In this document: piece after piece, positions 49,591 to 59,766 of the stretch
Position numbering within the stretch: the first letter of the stretch is position 1
How the letters are laid out: each line of letters begins with the position of its first letter
Assembly: GCA_045646345.1 (NCBI GenBank)
Contig: JAZRKN010000006.1
Span: 49,963 to 113,962, forward strand
Source: Candidatus Scatovivens sp.
GTDB taxonomy: Bacteria; Bacillota; Clostridia; TANB77; CAG-508
Reading direction: 5' to 3'
DNA length: 64,000 nt
Notes under the pieces: generated by a model
The model's input: only the letters and a program-made list of their open reading frames with translations
Databases searched by the model: none
What the model was told of the DNA's origin: nothing
Translations under genes and position numbers: made by a program

Positions 49591-52500
49591 TTACATAAAA
49601 ATTTCTATATTGTAAATTTTACCATCATCAACAAGCTGTACCTTTCTGTTTTCAACGCTTTCCCCGTTTAACAAAAATCTATTTATGCCTGTATTTTTAC
49701 CAAAAATATTCTTAATTTTTATATTATATAAGGTTGTTTTATATTTATATTTGATTTCATATTCTTTCCACTCTTTAAAAATACATGGATTTACTTCTAA
49801 AAAACCTTTTTTTATCTTAAGCCCTAACATATATTCTAAAATTGCTTTATAAAACCAGCTACTAGATCCTGTATACCAATTCCAACCACCTTGGCCTAGC
49901 AAGTCTTTATTCGTATATAAATCCGCTTCAATCACATACGGTTCTAATTTATATTTTTTAGCTTCTTCTCTGTTTTTTGAATGTTCAATCGGATTTATCA
50001 TTTGAGCAATTTCAAAAGCTTTATCACCAAATCCTAAGATTAATTCTGCAATCATAAGCCAACATGCGCCGTGCGTATATTGTCCACCATTTTCTCTAAT
50101 TCCTGGCGGATATGATTTTATATATCCTGGATTGATATCTGATTTTTCAAATGGAGGATCAAATAATTTTATAATTTTATTTTCCTTATCAATCAAATAA
50201 TTTTCTGCTTCTTGTATTGCTATAAACTTTTTGTCATTATCACCCGCATCAGAAATTACCGACCAACTTTGAGATATACTATCAATTCTACATTCTTCAG
50301 AATTTATACTTCCAATTTCTTTACCATCATCGGTAATTGCTCTTTTAAACCATCTTCCATCCCAAGCTTTAGTATTCAAATCTTTTTTTAATTTTTCTTT
50401 TATTTCAGTATATTTTTTTATCAAATCATTTCTTTCTTTTAATTCGCAAATTGGAATAAATCTATTTAAAATATCATATAAGAAAAATCCAAGCCATACA
50501 CTTTCCCCCATACCTTTATTACCTATTTTACTAAATCCGTCATTCCAATCTCCCACTCCAATTTTTGGAAATGGGTCAACACCTTTAGCCAAACAACATT
50601 CAATTGCTCTTATACAATGTTCAAAAATACTTTCTTTTAAATCACTTTTATGAAATAAATCATATCTTTCTTCTTCCTCTTCCTTTAAAATATTCCCATT
50701 TAAATATTCTACCTCTTCATTCAAAATACTTATATCATTTTCAAAATCAATGTATTCTATTACACCATAAACTAACCATAATAAATCATCTGAAAATTTA
50801 GTTCTGATTCCTTTTTTTGTTTCATTGTGCCACCAATGCAAAACATCCCCCTCTTTAAATTGATGCCTTGCACAACTTAATATTTGCTCTTTTAAATATC
50901 TTGAATCTATATATTTTATTCCCAAACAATCTTGAATTTGATCTCTAAAGCCAAACGCTCCACCAGATTGATAGTATCCAGTTCTTCCCATAATCCTACT
51001 TGATAAAGTTTGATAAACAAGCCATCCATTCATTAAAATATTTAAACTTTCTGATGGAGTTTTAACTTTTATTGTATTCAAAACGTTATTCCATTTAGTT
51101 TTTGTTTTTTCTTTTTCGTTTTCAACCCTATCTTGCATAATATATTTATCTGCCAATTCAAAAATTTTATTTGTATTTAGTTCTTCTCCTATTACAATAT
51201 TAAAATTTTTATCCTCGAATTTTTCAAGTTTAATTAAAAACTCAATTCCAATACATGAATTTTTACCAATACCAGATTTATTATTTAAATTTGTATATAA
51301 GCAATCAGGGTTTAAAACATCTCCATTACCAAAAAAGTTTTCCTTTTCCCCTGTATAAGAATTTATTTTCAAATTACTCGATACAAACATAATTCTACTT
51401 TCAAAATTTTCTTCTCTAAAAACATTTTTTATTTTTAGAACATTATCTTCTTTTTCAATCATTAAATTTCCATTTGTTAAATATTCATCTTCGCCTAATA
51501 CAGGTTTTATATAAACAATTAATTTTAAGTTTCTTTCTTCATTTACAAGATTTTTAATTCTAAAATTAATAATTTTTAATGATTCTTCATTTGGCACAAA
51601 AAACTCAACTTCTTGCCTTAAATTATCTGTTATATTCAAAACTTTAGTATACCCAAAGCCATGAGTTATATAATAATAATTCTCATTAGGAATAACACCG
51701 GAATTTAATGTCCAAACAAATTTATTATCTTCATCTTTCACATAAAAAATTTCAGATGGAAAATCCAAAACTTTATCATTATTCCAAGCAGTTAATCTAT
51801 TTAATCTGCTATTTTTACTCCATGTATATCCCCCTAAATTATCTGTAATAACAGTTCCAAAAAAACTATTTGCCAATATATTGGACCAAACAGTTGGTAA
51901 TACATTTTCTTTATTCTTGTAAATAGTATATTCTTTACCATCTTCGGAAAAACCACCATAAGAGTTATCATATAACAATTTTTCTTTTTTTAAAGAAAAA
52001 ATTTCATCTTTATAATTATAATTTCTTTCACGTTTTAATTTATCTAAAACAAATTCACATTCTTCTTTTTCTTTTATATAACTTTCAATTTCTTGTAAAG
52101 ATGCATCTATTATAACTCCAGCTTTAAATTCTATAACTTCTAAATCTTCTTTTTGTACTTCATCTTTATTAAGTACAAAAATCCCAGAATCAACATTTTT
52201 CAAATAATCTAATTGATTATTTGAAATTATTGATTCTATACTATCTTTTACATATTTTTCGTAAACATTTTCTTCTTCGTTAAAAATAATTAAATCTATA
52301 AAGATTTTCTTTGCTCTATAATACTCAAACGCTTTTACTACATCCTCTATCACATATTTATCTTCGATATTTTTTATTTTTACAAAAAGAATCGGATTAT
52401 TTCCTGAAATTCCATATTTCCATAAACTATTAATATCAAATTCCATATTGGTTTTAATACAACATCCGTTATCTACTCGCTTTAATAAATACTTTAATAA

Positions 52501-55500
52501 TTTTGCATAAATTTCTATTTTTCTACCATCAATAGCTAAATATTTACTTTCCTCTTCACTTCTTACTCTTGCAATATTTAAAATCCTCATAATTTCTTCT
52601 TCACTTTTCACCTCTTCTAGGTTTTCGATTGCTTCTTCTTTTAATTCTGAAACAGATATTAATAAGTTAGCACTTACACTTTCTTTCGCTTTTACCTTTA
52701 TAGTTCTTTTCATAGCAATTATTGGATCTGTTACTTGTTTTATTTGCTTCGAAAAAACTTTTTGAGATTTAATCATATTTGACATTCCCAAATTTTCTCG
52801 TTTTAAATATTTTTCTTTATCAATTTCATATTCAAAATCCACAATTTGTTCATTTTCTGTGTATAAAGTCGTCGCTAAATATCTATTTTCAACTCCATTT
52901 CTATCTTTTTTCTCAAAAATAATATTTTCATTTTCTTCGTCTAGCTTCATAAATAATTTGTTAAATGCGGGATGCGAATATTCTTGCATTTTTTCAGAAA
53001 GTGATGGTTCAAAATCGACAATTATTTCAAATACTTCATCTTGATTTCCAAGATTTTCAAGTTCGATTCTTCTTATTTCAATCGCTCTATTCGGATCTAA
53101 AAAGACCGTTTCAGAAATTTTTAAATTATTTTCTATTTTTAAAAATTTAGCTTTATCCGGAGCAAATATAACTTTAGCAGCATTTTTAATTTCTGAAATT
53201 TTCTTACTCCTAACATTTTTAACATAAGAATTTATTCTTTGTTTAATTTCTGAAGTCTCTTTAAAATTATTAACCATTACTCCTTCAAATTCACTTAAAC
53301 TATCTCCAAAATCATCTATAACAATCTTATATTTATCATTTGAAATAACATTAATATTTTTATATTTTTTTATAGGATTTTCTATTACTCTTTCTATATA
53401 TGAACAAATATTTAAATTTTTGTCTTTAGTTACTTTTTCTTTTTTCTCTTTTGTTATTATTAATTTATTTGGCATTCTTTCTTGCAATAAAATATTTGCT
53501 GCTTGAATTTCGTGATTTTTGTTAAATCTTTTTCTCAAAATATTTTTATTTAAAATATTATTAATTGATAAAAAAATAAGTCCTTGATGATGTGCCATAT
53601 AAGTTTTTATTACACATTTATCTTTATTCTGATTTCTTGATAATGTGTAATCTATGGCTTCATAAAATCCATACTTTCCAAATCCACCTTCTTTTTCTAT
53701 ATACCTTAAATTATCAATACCATCATCAAGTTTATCTTCTAAAGCTAAAAAAGTACTATATGGTGATATAACTATATCCTCATCTAACCCTCTTTTTAAT
53801 CCAAGCCATGGTATTCCAAAGGCTTTGTATTGATAATTATTATTCAAATCTCTTAAATTAAAAGCTGACTCAGAAATCCCCCATGGAACGTCTAACTTTT
53901 TACAATATTCTATTTGACTCATTATAGCAAACTTACAAGCTTCGTCTAAAAGACTACCTTTAAAACGTTCTATATTAACATTTGGCATTAGATACTCAAA
54001 TGCAGTCCCCGTCCAAGAAACAAGTCCCATATACCCATTTAAACTTGTAAGGGTTCTGCTCAAATTATTCCAATGTTTTACTGGAACATCTCTTTTGGCA
54101 ATAGCAACTAAACTTGCTTGTCTTGCTTCAGATGCTAAAAAGTCATAATATGAGTCTGTTAATTGGTTTGTTTCTAAATTAAATCCTATAGATAACAATT
54201 TATTTTTCTCACTATATAGTCTAGAAAAATCAGTATTATTTATTAACTCTTCAACTAAATTTATTAAATTATCTAGTTCCAATCTATTTTTATTCTCATT
54301 CAAAAACTGTTTTACAACATATAAATACCCAACAAAATTCCCACTATCTACAGTTGAAATATATCGGGGAATTAAAGGCATTAAAGTCTTTGTGTCATAC
54401 CAATTATACAAGTGTCCATTCCATTTATTTAAAGACATAACTGTTGTTAAAACTTTGTTCAAATAATCTATTGTTTTCTTAAAATTTATAAGCCCTAAAT
54501 CATAAGCAGAAATTATTACTAAAAGTTCTAATCCAATATTAGTAGAAGATGTTCTATTTACAATTTTTAATTTTCTATCTTCTTGATAGTTGTCAGGCAT
54601 CAAAAAATTATTCTCTTCATTTATATAAGTTTCGAAAAATTCCCAAGTTCTACTTCCTATTTCTCTCAAATATATCTTATTTTCTTCACTTATCTCCACT
54701 TTTCTCTCGTTTTCCAAACTAATATACCATGCAACTATTGGTGCAATCCCCCAAAATATACCCATAGTAACAGAAATTAATTTTCCAACAAACAGAAAAA
54801 CAATTCCAAATAAAATATTTATTTTCATTTCTTTAAAATATGAAATCAAATCAGTTTTAGAATTATTTTCTGCCTCTTCTGCTGTAACCCACTCTAGAAG
54901 TTTTTCTTTCTTTTTCATTCTATATAAACTTTTAACAATCGCATCTAAATTTTTACAAACCTCATATGGCAAAAACAATATCTGAAGTAGAATCCTAATG
55001 AAACTTATTTTTATATTACTAAGCTCACCAGAAAATTTCTTGTAAGCATATATTGCTCCTGTTATAGTACTTTCTTTAAAAACTATATAATTTATAAGAT
55101 CAATAAAATACGGAATCACCAATGCAGATATTCCAAGCAACCCGCTAATTATATTTAAAATTGACTCTTTAAAAATTCCAAACGTACCAAAAGCAATTAA
55201 AACAAAAGAAAAAATCGGCAATACACTTCTTCGTAAATTATCATATATTTTAAATTTTGAAAGTTCACTTAATCTATCATTTTGGAGCCATTTAATTATT
55301 TGCCAATCTCCTCTTGTCCATCTATGATTTCTTAAAACATACGGAATATATCTTAACGGATAACCATCTAAAAGCATTACATCAGTTAAAAGAGCACATC
55401 TCAAAAAATTGCCTTCTAGCAAATCATGACTTAAAATTGTATTTTCGGGAAATTCATTTTTTAAAATATTATTATAAATTTCTACATCATAAATTCCTTT

Positions 55501-57606
55501 TCCTGTAAATATTCCTTCTTTGAAACAATCCTGATAAACATCTGATATCGCATTTGTATAACAATCCATTCCTCCTTTCATACTATATAGTTCCACAAAA
55601 TAAGTCTTTTGAGAAAGTGACAAATCCATTCCAATTCTTGGTTGCATAATACTATAGCCATCTACTACTTTATAATTTTTAATAACAGGTAAGTTTAATA
55701 TGTGTCCCATTGCACCAATCATTTTTGAAGCTGTATTTAAATTTAAATTTGTATCACTGTCAAGAGTTATAATATACTTAATATTAGGTAATTTATCTTT
55801 ATTTTCTTCAATAGAGTTTACTTTAAAATTGTTTTTTATTTTATTTTTTATATATTTATTAAAATCTGATAGTAAACCTCTTTTTCTTTCCCAACCAATA
55901 TACGAATTTTCTTTCTCATTCCAAACCCTTTCTCTATACAAAAAATGAAATTTATTAAATTTTTCAGTTTTATATTTTTCATTTAATTTTTTGCATATTT
56001 CTAAGCCTGCAAAAATTACTTCTTCATCATGTTCTTTATTCTTAACGCACTCTTCACTGCAATCTCCTAATAGCGCAAAATATAAATTTTCTGACTTATT
56101 CGCCAAATAATAAACCTCTAATTTTTCGAACATTTCGTATACTTTTTCTTTATTTTTTAGAATTGTTGGAATTATAACAAAAGTACTTAATTTTTCTGGA
56201 ATACCTTTATCCAAATCTAACTTTGGGAGTATCGTTGGAGAATTTAATTTGCTTAAAATATAGTTTAAAGTCCTGAAAAATATTTCTGTTATAGGAACAT
56301 ATGCTATTACAGAAAAAATTGTAGACAATATATCGTTTTTACTATAGATAAAGAATAAAATATATATTAAAAGACACAGATACATTGGAACCAAGACATT
56401 TGTCGCAATGTATAACCTACTTTTTTGTTTCAGTGATAAGCTATACTTATTTTTAACTTCCAAGATATTATTTAATTTTTTTTCTCCTTCTTTTTCTAAC
56501 AAATAATATCCTACATGTGATTTCTTTTTTAATTCTATACTATCTAAATTGTCATATTTCTTACATAACTCTATGATTTTCTCAGAAATATAAATTTCAG
56601 ACATTTTAGATTTCTTGGCTTTACTTTCAATTTTTCTCCTATAATAACTTTTACTTTCTTCATCCATTTTAGGATAAACACCAGCCGGATCTTGTTTTAA
56701 AATTTCTTCTGACGCATTTATATAATTAAATATTTCCGAAAAATCTATTCTATTTATCTCTTTAATACTAGTTATACAGTTTCCCATTGTTATTTTAATA
56801 TTAGCAATATTAAAATGTTCTTTTTGAATAACTTCAGAAATAGAAAGCCCTGTTTTTTGAACTTCTTTTTCTAATATCTTTTGATATACTGCTGCCTTTT
56901 TACCGTAAAGTTTTAATTTATAAGATAAATATTCTATAAAAGAGTATTTTAATTTTTCTTCTGTTATTTTCAAAGAATGGCTTATATATGGAAATTTTAA
57001 ATCTTGTAGCATTTTCTTTTCTACAAATCTTTCAATCATATTTTCAGCTTTATATTTTTGCATTTGTGAAGAATATATTTTCTCGCATAAATTTTTTATG
57101 TGAGATATTATCGAAATTCTTAAAAAAATCCCTATACTACATAGTTCTTCCATAGAAAGTATCTTTTTTCTTTGATAAGCATTTAAAGCTATATCAATTA
57201 AATCTCTATCTATTTTGCAATCTGAAAAAGCAACAATTTCTTCAGCCAATACATAACTTCTAGCAAAACCCATATATGACTCATTTGAAAGTCCAATCAT
57301 ATTCTTATATTTTTTTAATGTAAGTTCCTTTTGAAGCGTTTTCACTGTTTCTTCTATAATATAAAAATTATCTAAGATCCACTCTCCTGCAGAATGAATT
57401 TTAATTCCTAATTTCAAATGTTTTGTTAATAAATTATAAGTTTCTAGAATAAATTTATAATCTTGTATTAAATTCGATATAGGATATGTTTCTTTCCTTG
57501 AAAAACTTTTAATATTATGTTCAGACGCTGTTTTTTCAATATGTTTTGCAAATTGATTTCTATCTAGTAATGTCCCTCTTATACTAAGTCTTTTATATTT
57601 TTTCAT
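49591..57606 (-). CDS. Cyclic beta-1,2-glucan synthase-like protein (Cgs/NdvB architecture: GT + glucan transglycosylase-like + GH94)
   Basis: ITLDSDT, SHDLLEG, RNHRWTRGDWQ; LASEAR, WTGTAFEY, WGISES, YMAHHQG; QSGGAFGFRDQ, GDWNDG, ENGGQYTH, WYTGS. Start moved to MKKYKR (AAGGGG RBS). Confidence 0.88.
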   Translation of the reverse strand: MKKYKRLSIRGTLLDRNQFAKHIEKTASEHNIKSFSRKETYPISNLIQDYKFILETYNLLTKHLKLGIKIHSAGEWILDNFYIIEETVKTLQKELTLKKYKNMIGLSNESYMGFARSYVLAEEIVAFSDCKIDRDLIDIALNAYQRKKILSMEELCSIGIFLRISIISHIKNLCEKIYSSQMQKYKAENMIERFVEKKMLQDLKFPYISHSLKITEEKLKYSFIEYLSYKLKLYGKKAAVYQKILEKEVQKTGLSISEVIQKEHFNIANIKITMGNCITSIKEINRIDFSEIFNYINASEEILKQDPAGVYPKMDEESKSYYRRKIESKAKKSKMSEIYISEKIIELCKKYDNLDSIELKKKSHVGYYLLEKEGEKKLNNILEVKNKYSLSLKQKSRLYIATNVLVPMYLCLLIYILFFIYSKNDILSTIFSVIAYVPITEIFFRTLNYILSKLNSPTILPKLDLDKGIPEKLSTFVIIPTILKNKEKVYEMFEKLEVYYLANKSENLYFALLGDCSEECVKNKEHDEEVIFAGLEICKKLNEKYKTEKFNKFHFLYRERVWNEKENSYIGWERKRGLLSDFNKYIKNKIKNNFKVNSIEENKDKLPNIKYIITLDSDTNLNLNTASKMIGAMGHILNLPVIKNYKVVDGYSIMQPRIGMDLSLSQKTYFVELYSMKGGMDCYTNAISDVYQDCFKEGIFTGKGIYDVEIYNNILKNEFPENTILSHDLLEGNFLRCALLTDVMLLDGYPLRYIPYVLRNHRWTRGDWQIIKWLQNDRLSELSKFKIYDNLRRSVLPIFSFVLIAFGTFGIFKESILNIISGLLGISALVIPYFIDLINYIVFKESTITGAIYAYKKFSGELSNIKISFIRILLQILFLPYEVCKNLDAIVKSLYRMKKKEKLLEWVTAEEAENNSKTDLISYFKEMKINILFGIVFLFVGKLISVTMGIFWGIAPIVAWYISLENERKVEISEENKIYLREIGSRTWEFFETYINEENNFLMPDNYQEDRKLKIVNRTSSTNIGLELLVIISAYDLGLINFKKTIDYLNKVLTTVMSLNKWNGHLYNWYDTKTLMPLIPRYISTVDSGNFVGYLYVVKQFLNENKNRLELDNLINLVEELINNTDFSRLYSEKNKLLSIGFNLETNQLTDSYYDFLASEARQASLVAIAKRDVPVKHWNNLSRTLTSLNGYMGLVSWTGTAFEYLMPNVNIERFKGSLLDEACKFAIMSQIEYCKKLDVPWGISESAFNLRDLNNNYQYKAFGIPWLGLKRGLDEDIVISPYSTFLALEDKLDDGIDNLRYIEKEGGFGKYGFYEAIDYTLSRNQNKDKCVIKTYMAHHQGLIFLSINNILNKNILRKRFNKNHEIQAANILLQERMPNKLIITKEKKEKVTKDKNLNICSYIERVIENPIKKYKNINVISNDKYKIVIDDFGDSLSEFEGVMVNNFKETSEIKQRINSYVKNVRSKKISEIKNAAKVIFAPDKAKFLKIENNLKISETVFLDPNRAIEIRRIELENLGNQDEVFEIIVDFEPSLSEKMQEYSHPAFNKLFMKLDEENENIIFEKKDRNGVENRYLATTLYTENEQIVDFEYEIDKEKYLKRENLGMSNMIKSQKVFSKQIKQVTDPIIAMKRTIKVKAKESVSANLLISVSELKEEAIENLEEVKSEEEIMRILNIARVRSEEESKYLAIDGRKIEIYAKLLKYLLKRVDNGCCIKTNMEFDINSLWKYGISGNNPILFVKIKNIEDKYVIEDVVKAFEYYRAKKIFIDLIIFNEEENVYEKYVKDSIESIISNNQLDYLKNVDSGIFVLNKDEVQKEDLEVIEFKAGVIIDASLQEIESYIKEKEECEFVLDKLKRERNYNYKDEIFSLKKEKLLYDNSYGGFSEDGKEYTIYKNKENVLPTVWSNILANSFFGTVITDNLGGYTWSKNSRLNRLTAWNNDKVLDFPSEIFYVKDEDNKFVWTLNSGVIPNENYYYITHGFGYTKVLNITDNLRQEVEFFVPNEESLKIINFRIKNLVNEERNLKLIVYIKPVLGEDEYLTNGNLMIEKEDNVLKIKNVFREENFESRIMFVSSNLKINSYTGEKENFFGNGDVLNPDCLYTNLNNKSGIGKNSCIGIEFLIKLEKFEDKNFNIVIGEELNTNKIFELADKYIMQDRVENEKEKTKTKWNNVLNTIKVKTPSESLNILMNGWLVYQTLSSRIMGRTGYYQSGGAFGFRDQIQDCLGIKYIDSRYLKEQILSCARHQFKEGDVLHWWHNETKKGIRTKFSDDLLWLVYGVIEYIDFENDISILNEEVEYLNGNILKEEEEERYDLFHKSDLKESIFEHCIRAIECCLAKGVDPFPKIGVGDWNDGFSKIGNKGMGESVWLGFFLYDILNRFIPICELKERNDLIKKYTEIKEKLKKDLNTKAWDGRWFKRAITDDGKEIGSINSEECRIDSISQSWSVISDAGDNDKKFIAIQEAENYLIDKENKIIKLFDPPFEKSDINPGYIKSYPPGIRENGGQYTHGACWLMIAELILGFGDKAFEIAQMINPIEHSKNREEAKKYKLEPYVIEADLYTNKDLLGQGGWNWYTGSSSWFYKAILEYMLGLKIKKGFLEVNPCIFKEWKEYEIKYKYKTTLYNIKIKNIFGKNTGINRFLLNGESVENRKVQLVDDGKIYNIEIFM

Positions 57607-57632
57607 AAAATTCCCCTTATGCATTTTTGTTC

Positions 57633-57661
57633 TATTTTTTCCATAATTTTAATTTATATAC
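57633..57661 (-). promoter_or_regulatory. sigmaF-like promoter of the glucan synthase
   Basis: GTATA-N14-GGAAAAAATA. Confidence 0.55.
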
Positions 57662-57759
57662 AAAAGGTTTTAAATTTGACTCTGTTTACATAATGTGTTA
57701 TAATGTTTTGTATATCAATATTTGAGGGATGTATTGGTATTTGACCCAGGAGAAAAACT

Positions 57760-58455
57760 ATGATAGTAATACCAAAACATATTGAAGATTATATGCATCA
57801 AATTGAACACTTCCTTGTTTGCTCACAATCGCCAAAACGAGATGATTTTTTGGATTTATTAAGATACACAATAAAATCTTTTAAATCCTATGCAGGAATA
57901 ACATATGTTACTGACAATGATTTCCTTAATGCTTTTTTTGTATTAATCGAACTCGAAGAATTTGTGGATGAAATGATTGAAAAAATTCCAAGTTTCAAAA
58001 CATCTTATCCTATTACAAATGTTGAGCCAGAACTTACATGTGTTTTGAATTCATATTCTTTTGATATAGCTTATGCAAATGATGTAGATGCTATAATAAA
58101 ATTTATTCAAAAACCAATTAAGGATTTTTATGTTTCAAACTGCGATTATCTTCATTTCAAACTTATAAAATCTGAGGAAGAATGGAATACATTATCCAAA
58201 GATGCTTTAATTGAAACTAAAATAAATAGTCAAAACTTAATAGCAAAAGCTATTTTTATGATAAACAATCCTGAAACAATTGCTGTAAGTGAAACTCGAT
58301 TAGCATTCGCAAAATCGACACTCAGAGAAGAATTAATTTCTCTCAACTTAGAACCAGATCCAGAACTTTTTGAAGAACTTTTCAATTTCTGGTTCCAGAT
58401 AGGAATTCATGGAACATTTTTCATATATTTACCTAAATATGTAAACGAAAAGTAA
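57760..58455 (+). CDS. Orphan hypothetical protein (231 aa)
   Basis: TTGACT...TATAAT promoter, AGGAG RBS, terminator AAAGTCTGA/TCAGACTTT at about 58485-58510. Confidence 0.75.
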   Translation: MIVIPKHIEDYMHQIEHFLVCSQSPKRDDFLDLLRYTIKSFKSYAGITYVTDNDFLNAFFVLIELEEFVDEMIEKIPSFKTSYPITNVEPELTCVLNSYSFDIAYANDVDAIIKFIQKPIKDFYVSNCDYLHFKLIKSEEEWNTLSKDALIETKINSQNLIAKAIFMINNPETIAVSETRLAFAKSTLREELISLNLEPDPELFEELFNFWFQIGIHGTFFIYLPKYVNEK

Positions 58456-58642
58456 GCCTTTAAACAATTCGACTATCCCTCACTAAAGTCTGATTAAATG
58501 TCAGACTTTTATTTTTTATAGTTATAATAACTAGTTTATAAGGAAAAAATATAAGTAAATTAAATAATCTTTTAAACTTAGAAACCAATGTTCCAACACA
58601 TAGTGTTGAAACTACTTTTCATTTTAATGCTTCTGAAAATTA

Positions 58643-58671
58643 GTCATATATTTAAAACTCCCCAATAAAAT
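58643..58671 (+). promoter_or_regulatory. sigmaE-like promoter of cwlD
   Basis: GTCATAT-N14-AATAAAAT. Confidence 0.55.
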
Positions 58672-58698
58672 ATATTATTATATTTATTGGAGAGTTTT

Positions 58699-59412
58699 AT
58701 GTTCCTATTCAGCAAAAAAAGAATTTTATTTATTTCATTAATAATTGTATGTTCTATTTTTTATTCCGGATTACTAAAAAACGTCTTCTTATCCGAACCT
58801 GTTTCTTCAACACCTGTAGCAAGTCATGTAGTTATACTAGATGCTGGTCACGGCCTCCCTGACGGTGGCGCAGTCAGCACAAATGGAAAAATTATCGAAT
58901 CTGATATTAATTTAAATGTCGTTTTAAAATTGCAAGCCTTATTAGAATCTAGTGGTTGTCAAGTAATTTTAACTCGTTCTGATGAATATGGAATATATGA
59001 AGCTAATGAAAAAACAATAAGAAATCAAAAAATATCAGATATGAAAAATAGAGTAGAAATTGGAAATAATTCTGATGCAGAACTATTTGTTTCAATTCAT
59101 ATGAATAAATTACCTCAGGGACAATATTCTGGTTGGCAAAGTTTTTATAAAAATAATGATAGCACAAGCAAAAAAGTAGCTCAGTATATCCAAAATAGTC
59201 TTAATAAGTTTATAAAAAAAGAAAATAAAAGACAAATAAAGTCTATTTCAAAAATTTATTTAACCCAACATGTAAAAATCCCATTGGTTTTAATAGAGTG
59301 TGGTTTTCTTTCAAATCAAGAAGAATCAAATTTACTTCAAACTGATAGTTACCAAAATCAACTTGCGTGGAGTATTTATATAGGATTATTAGAATATTTT
59401 GAGGATTTTTAA
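58699..59412 (+). CDS. cwlD: N-acetylmuramoyl-L-alanine amidase (Amidase_3), CwlD-like
   Basis: LDAGHG..DGGA, E.DINL, SIHMN, SGWQSFY, IECGFLSN..E; GGAG RBS before MFLF. Confidence 0.8.
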   Translation: MFLFSKKRILFISLIIVCSIFYSGLLKNVFLSEPVSSTPVASHVVILDAGHGLPDGGAVSTNGKIIESDINLNVVLKLQALLESSGCQVILTRSDEYGIYEANEKTIRNQKISDMKNRVEIGNNSDAELFVSIHMNKLPQGQYSGWQSFYKNNDSTSKKVAQYIQNSLNKFIKKENKRQIKSISKIYLTQHVKIPLVLIECGFLSNQEESNLLQTDSYQNQLAWSIYIGLLEYFEDF

Positions 59413-59492
59413 TCACATAACTCATATAAATTGACTTTATAAAAAAATTATATTATACTTCTTTTAACATTTGAAATTGAAAGGATATAATT

Positions 59493-59735
59493 ATGGGCTT
59501 ATACGGTGATAAAAAAGATTATGAGCAACTTGTAAAAGAAAATATTTATAAAGCAAAACTTCTATATTCTCTTTCTGAAGAAGACAGAAATATAGTAAAT
59601 AACCTGCTTAACGAAAAAGAAAAAGTAATGAGCAAAAATGGATTATTGGCAAATTTCAAATTAAAATCAATTGATAAAAAAATAGAAAAAATACAAAATA
59701 AATATAATAATAAAATAAAAAAGAATTTAGATTAA
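59493..59735 (+). CDS. Small basic hypothetical protein (80 aa)
   Basis: TTGACT-N17-TATACT promoter and AAAGGA RBS; bidirectional terminator downstream. Confidence 0.65.
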   Translation: MGLYGDKKDYEQLVKENIYKAKLLYSLSEEDRNIVNNLLNEKEKVMSKNGLLANFKLKSIDKKIEKIQNKYNNKIKKNLD

Positions 59736-59766
59736 TATTCTAAATTCTTTTTTTATATCATATTTT

